Below are positions 22,750 to 32,708 of a DNA stretch of 64,000 bases, piece after piece. A model generated the notes under the pieces. That model searched no databases. It saw only the letters and a program-made list of their open reading frames with translations, and had not been told where the DNA came from. The first letter of the stretch is position 1, and each line of letters opens with the position of its first letter. Origin of the DNA: Psammoneis japonica (Eukaryota). The stretch spans positions 124,001 to 188,000 of the forward strand of contig QPGO01000050.1 of NCBI GenBank assembly GCA_008632985.1, read 5' to 3'. Position numbers and translations under genes: made by a program.

Positions 22750-25700
22750 TGTCTGGGGTGACAGAAGTGGGTGGTGGGTGGTGACTGGTGGTGGGAAAAT
22801 GGTGCACAGCTTGCTGGGCGGTGAAAAGAAAAAAGATTGGCCAATGGTGCAGACAGACAGCTGTGTGGCAGATGCATTGGTTAAAGTTGGGTGTCTTCAA
22901 GTCTGCAGAGGAGTTGCTGATGGTTGGACAAATGGGTGGAGAGGGCGATGATGCCAATGTTGAGGCTGAGGATCTGAGAGGCCCATGGAAGGGGTGCAGG
23001 AGAGATGAGATGGGAGTCACCAAAGTGGTCAGGGGAGATTTTGTTTCCAGGCAATGTTGGCAGCCACTGGCAAGAAGGTTGCGGAAGGTGCCAGAAAGGA
23101 GTTTTGGCATGCTGAAAAAGAGGCTTGGGAGTGGGGCAGATCAGATGGGCTTGTCCAGGGTGGTTTGGGTGGAAGGGGAGGAATGGAGGAGGATTGAGCA
23201 GCGGAGTGACCAAAGAAGAAAACATGAAAGTGGCACCCAATGCCTCCAAGGTGGTTGATGGTGAAAGGAAGAAGAGGTGAGCCAGCATTGTTGGTGGCAT
23301 TGATGATGTTGGAGCAGCAATCTGCGGATGTTGTGCAGCCAAGCGCTTGTCCCATGTGCTGCTGAGGTGAGCCTTGGCAAGTGGGATTTCAGGGGTGGGC
23401 AAACAGGGTGCAGGAGGTGGGGGAGCTGGTGGGCACAGCAACATTGATGGCAATGAACTGGTGTGTGGGGATGGGGCATCAGGAGGAGTGGAGTTGGGGA
23501 TGAGCTGTGCTCCAATGTTGGCAGAGCATTTGAGAGGGGGGTCAGTGAGGAGTCTGGTTGGATCTAGATGTGCTTCTTGTTGACAATTGCAGCACAGAAC
23601 CATTGAGAGGGCCAAGGTTTTCAATGATTGTGTGGAGGGTGTCATGGAGATGGTTTGACAGGGAGCCTTTGCACATTTTGGAGCAGGTGAAAGCATGGCC
23701 ACCACATGGGTTTGGTTGAGCATGGCCACAGGGACATTCGGCGTGGAGAAAATCAGAGGAGATGGTTGGAAGGCAGAGCTTGCAGAGAAGAAGGAGGGTG
23801 AAAAGGGCAGAAGGGAGTCATCAATTGGGTGGGTGAAGTCTTGAGAGGGAGTGAAGGCACAAACTTGCAAGGGGAGAGAGCAGGGATGGAAGAGCTGGTT
23901 GGATGGCAGGGTCTGCAAGAAGTTGAGGGAGAGTGTTGTGTTTGTGATGGTGAAGATGGAGCTGTTGGGAGAGACCATGGAGGTTGTGGTGCTTGATGGG
24001 AGTCAGAGGCATTTGAATGATGGGGAGTTGCATTGGAAGAGGACAGGGGCACAGTGCTTGAAGATGGTGCAGAGGAAAAGGTCAGAGCATGGGTTGGACC
24101 AGGAGCCAAGGGTGGTGGATTGGCTCAAGGGGAGGTGAAAGAGCTGGTTGCCAGTTGGCGGCATTCCGTGTGTGGCGCAACGGATGGAGTGGGCAAGGGA
24201 GGTGAGGATGGGATGGCAACACTGGAAATGTCTTGGTGTCCAATGCTGCCAAGAGAGACTGGGAGGATGGCAACAAGATGGGTGGCAGTTGGAAGAGGTG
24301 CAGTTGTTTTGGTGAGACAAGCAAGAAAAAGGAGGGAGTGGCCAACAATGGCATCCATAAAAGGGGGTGCCCATTCAAAAGGGCTGGGGCAGTTGGTGTT
24401 GTGTTTGAGATTGCAGCAGATGTCCACTGCAAGAAAGTGTGAAATGGACGGCATTGTGCATTTCCGAAAGAAGGCACTTTGAGTTTGTTTGTTGGTTGGT
24501 CGAGTGGTGAGGCAGCGGAGTTGTTTGGCAAAAGTGTTGGCTTTGTTGGCAAGAAAGTCAGCAGCAAATTCAACAGAGCCAATTGGTTGGCCAAGAAAGT
24601 GGATGCTGGCAGCAATCTTGGGTTGTGTGTGTGGGTGGTTGGTTGGGTTGAGGAAAAGCAGGGCTTGATTTGAGGTCTCAGTGTCGGCGTTGGTGGGAGA
24701 GAGCTTGTCAATTGGAGATTGGCTGTTGATGAGTGCAAGGATTTTGGTCTTGGACCTGTTGAGTTTGATGCCACATTGGGGTCCCAAGTTTTTGTGGGAA
24801 CTGTGGGAAAGTGGAGAAAGGAAGAAAGGCATGGGTGTTGTTGATGCAAGACGAGGTGGCCAATTTTGAGTGTGCTGGAAGGCATTGGTGGAGTTTGCCA
24901 TTCTTGATGGGTTTGAAAACACAAGCAAGGATGAGGCAGGAGAAGGCTGGACTTCAAGGACAGCCCTGTGTGAATCCTTTGTGTTGAAAGAAGGAGGGCC
25001 AATCAAGGTGGTGGTCTTGATGCCAACATGTGTTGGGATCTTGGCACAGGATGTTGAAGAGAGGAAGAGTGGGTTTGTGGTTGTCGGAGGATGCAAGGGT
25101 GTTGTGGAAGGCGTTGTGAGAGCATTCGTTGAAACAGTTGGTGAGGTCAAGCAAAACCAGGGCTTTTGCAGGGGTGGTGCCTGGGTCAAAGAAGCATTCA
25201 ATGTCAGTGCAGGTGGTGTTTTATTTGAGGCAGTCCAGGCCGCCTTTGACACCAACACCAAATTGGCTGAACAGGAGGAGGTCAGCTGCAAATTTGGCTG
25301 CCAAAAGGAACATGACCAGTGTTCCAAGAATTTGATGAAGAGCAGTGCAAACACCAATGGGGTGGAGTTTGGAGAGGTTCATTTTGTCTTTGTGAAGGGC
25401 GAGGAAAGAGTTGGGTGCAAAGGTTGGCTTGATCGAGGGCAGGAGGTCAGCAGCAAGGATGAGGTCAAGGAGATGTTTGAAGGTTGGGAGGCAGGGGCAG
25501 GAAGTGGCTGTTGGTGCAGAGCAATGGCAAAGGGCACAGGCTTTGAAGAGGTTGGCAGAGTTGGCAAAGGGGCCTGGTGCTTTGCCGGGGTTGGCATTTG
25601 GCAAGGGCTTTGCAAAGTCAGAAGTTTGTCTGCCAGAGGGGTGCGATGGAAGTGGTGGGTGTTTGCATGGTGGGCACAGCTTTGCCACTGGAGCCATGCA

Positions 25701-26140
25701 TTCTGGAGTGAGAGAAGCAACAGGGAGGGAGGAGGTGGTGCGGGTGCAGGCTGCAGAGAGGTCACTCACATCAGCAGCAATTTAGGCTGAGTGGGTGCAG
25801 AGAATGAGTCGCAGAAATCTGGGGGCTTGTCAGAGATGGTTGGAGTGGGCACTGCTTGAGAAGAATGACAGAGGGAGCAGATGGAGCCATTGCAGAAGAG
25901 GAAAAGGTGTTGGTTGATGATGGTTGAGATTGGGATCTTGGAGTCGGGGCTTTAAGAACAAGGGAAGAGGGCTGAAAATTTGAAGAGAAAAAAGAGTTTG
26001 AAGAAAGGGGTGGAAGAAGTTTGCCAGGATGGGAGGGGCTCATCAGGGTGTTCACAAGTTTGAGATGCATTGAGCATCCACCAGACCAAATGATGAAGGG
26101 CATGGGTGACTTGCAGGTGGGCTGAGGATGGGAGCTTGTG
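22750..26140 (-). mobile_element. Non-LTR retrotransposon relic, RLE-type (CRE/NeSL-like): RT, CCHC knuckle, restriction-like endonuclease
   Basis: KAPGP, LALHKD..KLHPIGV..ALHQI, QFGVGVKGG, LDLTNCFN, GFTQGCP, CINN (=YIDD), GIKLNRSKT, FLGQPIGS, LPVSLGSIG, CPCG...P.GxH.FTC, SANIG...IAINV. Frameshifted throughout. Confidence 0.85.
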
Positions 26141-26164
26141 CCAAAGGGAGGCACAAAAGGGAGG

Positions 26165-26690
26165 ACATGCTTGTTCACAAGTGCGACACAGACCACTGAG
26201 AGGGCCAAGGGTCTCAATGATTGTGCAGAGGGTGCTGTCAGGGAGATGGTTTGACAGGGGGGCTTTGTGCATTTTAGAGCAGGCAAAAGCATGGTTGCTG
26301 CATGGGTCTGATTGAACATGGCCACAGGAACATTCGGCGTGGGGAGAAAATCGGAGGAGATGGTTGGAAGGCGGAGCTTGCGGAGAAGAAGGAGGAGGGT
26401 GAAAAGGGTGGAAGGGAGTTCATTGGATGGGTTGAGTCTTGAGAGAGAGCAAAGGCATGAACTTGCAAAGGGAAAAAGCAGGGGTGGAAGAGCTGGTTGG
26501 ATGTTGGGGTCTCTGCAAGAAGTCAAGGGAGAGTGCTGTGGTGTTTGTGATGGTGAAGATGGAGCCGTCGGGAGAGACCATGGAGGTTGTGGTGATCAAC
26601 AGAGTGTCGGAGGGATTCGAATGATGGGGAGTCACATCGGAAGAGGACAGGGGCGAAGTCTGCTCAGAAGAGTTGGGGGCTCTCTCATTT
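26165..26690 (-). mobile_element. Second fragment of the same retrotransposon family (zinc-knuckle region), matching ~23575-24065
   Basis: Visible nucleotide alignment, e.g. CATGGCCACAGG.ACATTCGGCGTGG and GTGTTTGTGATGGTGAAGATGGAG in both places. Confidence 0.85.
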
Positions 26691-26711
26691 TTTCCCTTCT
26701 CCACTGGCCAG

Positions 26712-26775
26712 TCTAGAGTTAGCTAGCTACTGCTAGCTCTAGCAGCTAGCAGTAGCTAGTGGCTAAAGTAGAGTG
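26712..26775. other. CTAG/TAG-rich island at the right edge of the TE block
   Basis: TCTAGAGTTAGCTAGCTACTGCTAGCTCTAGCAGCTAGCAGTAGCTAGT directly follows >400 bp without a TpA. Confidence 0.7.
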
Positions 26776-27025
26776 GCACTGGGCGCACAACAATGAGCTG
26801 AAACACGTATGACAGGCAGACAGGTGCCGGGACCCAAAAAGAAATCATACAGTTTTCCAATGCTGAAAATGTGTATATCCCAACGGAGATTATACTTTTA
26901 TCCACATGCTTAGACTTTTCATATTTGAAATTTTGAAATTTTTGCCAACGGAAGAAGATACCGTTGTCCCACCCTGGCAAGAAGAACAAAATTTCCATTT
27001 TGCGTGGCGGAGGGTTAGACAGAAG

Positions 27026-28529
27026 ATGCTACGACGGCGATTCCATCGGTCTCACCCATGGGACCACAGAAGCGTGTTGAGTCAGGAGTCTTCCGTTGTG
27101 TCATTGGGAGAAACAACGTTGTCTGAAGTCTTGGAGTCCGTCGAGAAAGAAATGGGCGAGGGGAGGGCGAAGGGGGGGCATCATGTCGATGACGACTACA
27201 TTCTACAGAGAACCCATTCGGCGGCAGAAATATCAGCGGATGAAAAAAAACTTTTAGAACTTGGTACACCTCACAAAGTAAGTACATTTAGAGATGACTC
27301 CACCTGGGTTGATGTGAAGAAAGAGGACGGAACGGGAACGTTTCATCTGAGCATTACCGTCACAGATGGTCCGAAAAATACCAGGGAGCCAAGTCCCGGC
27401 ACGTCAGATATACGCTGGCATGATAGCAATGCTTTTGAAATGACTCCATCTTTTGCGGAAGAAATCGCTGATACCGATCCATTTGTAGTTGACAAGGTCC
27501 AAGTCAAGGACTCGTTGAACAACAAGCTTGTTGAAATGGAGTTAGAAAAGACTGACCGCCAAAAGCATCGTGATATGTTCTCTTCCACGAAGCTTGGTGA
27601 TTTCCATAAAGGAGGAAATGTTGGAGGGCAGTCTACTATGGCGCATTTGAAGAGGAAGGACGAAGGGTTTCAGCTGAGCGGTACAACGAAAGTTGCTCCC
27701 GAAAGAACTACCAAGATTTCAAGTCCCGGTTTGTCAGATATAGGCCGGTTCGATTGTAACGCCTTTGAAATGACTCCACTTTTTGTCAAGAAAATCGCTA
27801 GTACCGACACATCTGTAATCGAAAGAGTCCAGGTCAAGGACTCGGCCAACAACAAGATTGTAGAAACGGAATTCGAGCAAACGGGAACCCATAGGCAGCG
27901 TGATAGGTTCTCTGTGAGACCTGCAATTGGCAAGCGGGAGCCTTTCTTTTCCATGCGGAAGTTGAACAGAAACAAAACGAGAGACAATTCTCCTCCTGTC
28001 CAGGACATTCGTGAGATCAACACTCATGATATAGACCCTCATGACGACGAGAAACTCATAAAAGTTCCGGTAGAGCCGACCCCAAGAAAGACACGATACA
28101 TTGTAATCGTAAGTGCTTGTTGCTACCAGGACTAGCTTTGTTTGTCAGGTAACTCTCACTCCTCCCATTTTTCTCCTCGCTAAGCGTCGCAAAAAGAAAG
28201 GGGGATACGACTTTCGAGATGAGGAAGACGATTCAGAAATGGAAGAGTATGATCTCTTTGATCTCTTTGTGGAAGCGCTCATTCAGAAAATGGAGCACTT
28301 GTGTTCAACGGACGAGAAGTCTGTTCCACCTTCAACCCGAAACCCCCCAAACAGGGATTCAGCGCTCCTGATGGACTTGCACGACGTTCTGCTCGACAAA
28401 TTAGGTATTGCAGTGGAAGAAGATCGCTTTGCGTGTGAGATACATGCATGCTTTGACGAAAATAGCGACACAACCGGATCCTCGTTGACTGGACAGAACT
28501 CTTATGTTTCATGGGTTGCGGCTCATTGA
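27026..28529 (+). CDS. Hypothetical protein, paralog of 14266-16049, with an internal ~80 aa duplication; intron ~28109-28184
   Basis: Open frames in both exons. Internal repeat F.LS.T...SPG.SDI...D.NAFEMTP.F...IA.TD..V...VQVKDS.NNK.VE occurs twice. Confidence 0.75.
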
Positions 28530-28819
28530 AGATCTTGTTTAACTGTTGCGAATTGATGTTACTATGACTTAATTCCTTTTTCTAATGCTTAAGTGTCTTC
28601 AGTAGGTGATGCTTGTGTCCTTTCTCCTGCATTGCTCTTCTCGAGACATAATCAAGTGGGAAAGGCTGCATCTACGACGAATGGGACTCTTGCACTACGC
28701 ATTTCTATGTGTACTTCGACAGTGTTGGGCCTACCGGTATCCTCTTGAGGTTTAGCTCTAGCGTGCTGTAATTGTAGCTCAAGAGTCACTCAACATGGGG
28801 ATGTCTGAGCTCAAAGGGG

Positions 28820-29020
28820 CCCTAGCTACTCTCTCCACTACTAGTAGAGGGCGTAATCTAGAGAGTAGTAGGCCTAACGGTACCGTTAGCTACTCTAGCT
28901 AGGGCCCTACTAACTCTAGCTAGAGCTAGCTACTAGCTATAAGTACTTGCTACTTAGGCCTCTAGAGGACTACTCGACGACTCTCTCTCTCTACTGTAGA
29001 GAGTAGATAGAGAGGGCTAC
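28820..29020. other. CTAG/TAG-rich palindromic intergenic island
   Basis: Dense CTAG/AGCT/CTAC words. Perfect palindromes CTAACGGTACCGTTAG (28874-28889) and TAGGGCCCTA (28900-28909). Confidence 0.7.
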
Positions 29021-29262
29021 ACTTCCGTCCGTCCGTCCGGACGTCCAGCTCCCAACATCAAGGTCTGTACTTGTACCGGTACACCGCGCACCAACTCTGA
29101 TGGCGAGGCCGCGCAGGCGCGCCAAGGCGAGCACACCGAACACATCGCGACTCCTCGCGACGATGACAAAGCCACACAGCAAAAGAGCTACCTATTTCTA
29201 CTTCAGAGAGGGGACGCAGCTATCCATAAACGTGGCTTTTGAAGCATACAAAAGACCAAATC

Positions 29263-29898
29263 ATGGGACGTGGTGCATTGGTATTCAAAGGAGATTCACG
29301 CAAAGCGCACAAAAAGAAGAAGAAAGTGAAACGTGAGAGTGAGGCAAAGCGAGAACAGGTTGAACAAGTGGGAGTTGCCGAACAGCACGCTGCCGAACCG
29401 GCGCCACCTGCAAAACCGTTGGATCGTCCAAAAATTCAGAAGAGAAAAGGCGAAGGTCACATCACAACGTCTGGTACAGTCGTAACAGGGCATGGGACAA
29501 AATTCGAAAAGCAATTATCAAACGGTGATGCAATTGTCGTTGAATTGGGTAGTGGAGTGGAAGAAATGAGAATTGTTAAGATGCGTCTGGGACAAGTGTC
29601 TTGTGCGATATCATCTGAGTTTTCTACGAACCTTTCAACACCAACAGAGTACCATATTATCTCGAAACCGAGAAATCCTCAGCGTGATGCAAGGATTGCG
29701 TCTCAAAAAAAGGTGGAAGAGAAGAGGGAAGAGGAGGAAAAAGCCTTTGGGACGTATGGTTCGACCAAGGAGTTGGTTTATCGCGAAACAACCGAACATG
29801 GGAGTTATCGAATCAAACGTGTGAAGGTGTCAGAAGGCGCTACGCGAGGTGATCTGTTGTCCATGCGAACCAAGAAAAAGAGCGATAAGTACTGTTGA
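29263..29898 (+). CDS. Basic, probably nuclear hypothetical protein with FRG1-like termini
   Basis: Intact ORF. N-terminal LVFKG..KKKKK and C-terminal LLSMRTKKKSDKYC resemble FRG1 ends; the core is not recognised. Confidence 0.7.
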   Translation: MGRGALVFKGDSRKAHKKKKKVKRESEAKREQVEQVGVAEQHAAEPAPPAKPLDRPKIQKRKGEGHITTSGTVVTGHGTKFEKQLSNGDAIVVELGSGVEEMRIVKMRLGQVSCAISSEFSTNLSTPTEYHIISKPRNPQRDARIASQKKVEEKREEEEKAFGTYGSTKELVYRETTEHGSYRIKRVKVSEGATRGDLLSMRTKKKSDKYC

Positions 29899-30599
29899 TC
29901 GCTTTGGTTTTGCCAAATCTTTAACGTGTGAATTATAAATGCTATGTAGAGTATCAAGAAGTTTTCAGGCGTAGTTTGGCAAAAGCGCCTAAACATGCCT
30001 ACCAGTACTGATACCTGACCATGATGTAACCTCTATAGAAGATTGAGCCACTTGATAACGGTACAGGCAAAAAGATTCATGGAGTTACAGTGTGTGATAT
30101 TTGAGCTGCTCATTTCTGTCTCTACTAGAGTTAGTTGTATACATGTTGGCCAATGACTATACTACGTCCGTTTTGAAGTGCACTCTGTTCAAGGTAGGTA
30201 GAAAGGACGTCGCTAGCTAGAGCTCAGAGGACGCGTTTCTACCATCAGCCACGTCCGGTTTGCCTTTTAATCACCATTTGTCTGACTCTCTAGAGAGCAT
30301 GATACCGCATAGTAGCTATGGTCCCTAGAGCTGGAGTGTGAGCCGCATGCATGCCGCTCTAGAGTAGTCTACCGGCATTTGTAGGGCCCTATGTACATAA
30401 CATGATGTTACAGATTTCTTGCAGTTAGATTTGGCGAAAATTAATCCACGCTTTCCATCGCGCGCGATCGCATCGAGCCGCTACTGTATGTATCGATGGC
30501 GCGCGTCGATCGCGAAAATCTGGAATCTGGAAATCGATCGATGAAGAGAGAATAGATGATGAGAGAATATTATGATTGCGATTGAATGAACGATGCACC

Positions 30600-31298
30600 A
30601 TGGATGTCGACTTCACGTCATCCACGATGTCTACCTCATCAGGGGCGTCTGTGATGGCAGTAAGTGGCAACACTGCAGCAACAATGTCACAATTGGTTGG
30701 CTTTATGGTTCCGGGTGGGCCAGTTCGCACCGACTTTTCACAAGCTGACCCGTCGGGAGCAAAGTTCACCCTGACACTAACATGCCCTGGAGATTTCCCA
30801 GCCCCTATATCTTCTGTGTCTGATGTGGTGTGTTTTCTGTTGCCGGGAGCACAGTTGCCACCTCAACACGGAGTTCTATTGTATTGGCAGTTAGTTACCG
30901 CGCCTGGAGCAGTAGCGGGTGGCGACACGGGATTTGAATTGCTTGGAGCTCTCACACCGCTAAGACCATCCGGTGTCTTTCGTACTGGATGGGCTCAGAA
31001 TGAACAGGTACAGAGTCTTGGGTCACCTGGTAACAATATTATTGTAACCTTGGGGCTTTCAGTTGAACCATTGGCTCAAGTGGAAAATCTCTCCGTTCAA
31101 TCGGGTTCTGATGATCGGCTCTTTGTGGCGGAGAAAATTGCAACGGACCTCTTTCATTTTATGCAGAGTTTCGATACTGGAACTTCTGGCAGTAACAATC
31201 TCATGACGGTACCCACCAACATTTTCGATCGATGGCTCAAGAGATTTCAGGCAAGATTCAAACGCGATCCGAACTTCTTTCTGAAACCTCAATCTTAG
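30600..31298 (+). CDS. Hikeshi/OPI10 (DUF775) family protein
   Basis: PGGPVRTDF, VCFLLP, FELLGAL...RPSGVF, LGLSVEPL, LFHFMQSF, FDRWLKRFQARFKRDPNF. Confidence 0.85.
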   Translation: MDVDFTSSTMSTSSGASVMAVSGNTAATMSQLVGFMVPGGPVRTDFSQADPSGAKFTLTLTCPGDFPAPISSVSDVVCFLLPGAQLPPQHGVLLYWQLVTAPGAVAGGDTGFELLGALTPLRPSGVFRTGWAQNEQVQSLGSPGNNIIVTLGLSVEPLAQVENLSVQSGSDDRLFVAEKIATDLFHFMQSFDTGTSGSNNLMTVPTNIFDRWLKRFQARFKRDPNFFLKPQS

Positions 31299-31694
31299 CT
31301 TTGCGATTGCAGCAGAAATGCTTCAAGCTTGATCCTACAATGCTTCAATAATCCGTACGTACTGTTGGTAGATTGGTGGTCTGATGAGGTTCGAAATGAG
31401 TGTTTGTTGAAATTGTTTCAAATAAAAATAACATTAAAGCAGTACCGTAAGGTACCAAAAGTACTAGTAGCTGTTGACGTCCCATCCTCAATCCGGTCCT
31501 CACGGATTTGTCGATTTGAAAGGATACGTGGCTCGTCGTTCGGAACAGTTTATTATTTGAGAAGTTGTCTCGGCATTCTTGCCCTGTCTAACCACAGCAA
31601 AAGGCGTGAATACCCGGAGAACCGCTGTTTAGTTGCAACTTTTGGACCTCCGTTCGAAAGTGAAGGTAGATTTCTGATCGATTTTTCATTGTTT

Positions 31695-32063
31695 CTACCC
31701 TGTGTAGTCATAGGAACAGGTACTGGAAAAGGTACTCGTAGATGCATTCAACGAGTTTCGTCTTGGGGTTGCTGCAGCTTCGTCTCGAAGGCTTCCCATG
31801 ATGTTCTTCAAAGAATCACTGAACTTGGACATACTGGGCCTCGGTGTTTCTTGTTGCGCAGAGAAGTCAGCAATGATATCGTCTTCTCTCTGATAACGCG
31901 GGTAAGACTCCCGCGACGATTGACTGGGCGGCACAAAGTTTTTCATTTGTTCCTCCAGTGACAAGCGAAGCACAGCTTCCTTCACTTCAGCCGTGAGGGT
32001 GTGCTCTGTGACTGAGCAACGTCGCTGGTATCTTTGTCTCTTTGAGGATTCTTGGTTTGTCAT
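31695..32063 (-). CDS. Small hypothetical protein
   Basis: 122 aa ATG-initiated ORF in a slot between assigned genes; RRCSVT motif. No domain recognised. Confidence 0.45.
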   Translation of the reverse strand: MTNQESSKRQRYQRRCSVTEHTLTAEVKEAVLRLSLEEQMKNFVPPSQSSRESYPRYQREDDIIADFSAQQETPRPSMSKFSDSLKNIMGSLRDEAAATPRRNSLNASTSTFSSTCSYDYTG

Positions 32064-32708
32064 TTCTCGAAACGGGTTGCTGTTGCTGCTGCTGAACCTT
32101 GGTTAATGACCTATGTCTCGACTTTGTGGTGTTGGCGTTGTTGTGTGAGCAATAAAGCGATTACAGTTTTGTGAACGAGAATATCCCTCTAGGGCCTAAG
32201 AATATCCAAAGCCGAACGAGAATTATTTTTGTCCCAATGTCGACACGGGTTTATGGTAAGACATATTTACATTTAAAACTTCATAAACGGGACGTTCCCA
32301 AATTATTTAAAATAACGAAAACTATCCGGTTTTGTCACGGCATTGACAAGCGAAGCGCGGGAAAAACGGGATCATCATTCATCGCATCTAACCAATAATC
32401 TTGATCTTTGAGTGCGCATCTTCAACTCGTCGTTGGTCGTTGGCCATGACAAAAGGGACGACAGGAGGACGACTTCGCTGCAACAGTTGAGGATAGGCCA
32501 CTAAGCACCCAATCGTTTTATCATAAGTCGGAATTAGCTGGAACGTATTTTGTCAGAGATACTTTTTATTTGAGTTTGTGAACGCCCACAACGACGCCCG
32601 CATGCCTGTTATTGAGCTTTGATATCTCTCGTTGACATCCAAGATGCTCACCACGGCTATTGTCAGTGGACGACCTCTTTTCTTTTATCTTCTACGGTCG
32701 TCGTTAAT

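Noticed and set aside
16200..26700. Many long overlapping ORFs (up to 410 aa) rich in Cys/His/Trp, also in 1-2500
   Set aside because: Loss of TpA removes TAA/TAG stops in all six frames. The recognisable motifs jump between frames, so these are not genes.
16200..26700. Classical fungal RIP or plain CpG decay as the full explanation
   Set aside because: RIP increases TpA and CpG decay leaves TpA untouched, whereas TpA is nearly absent here.
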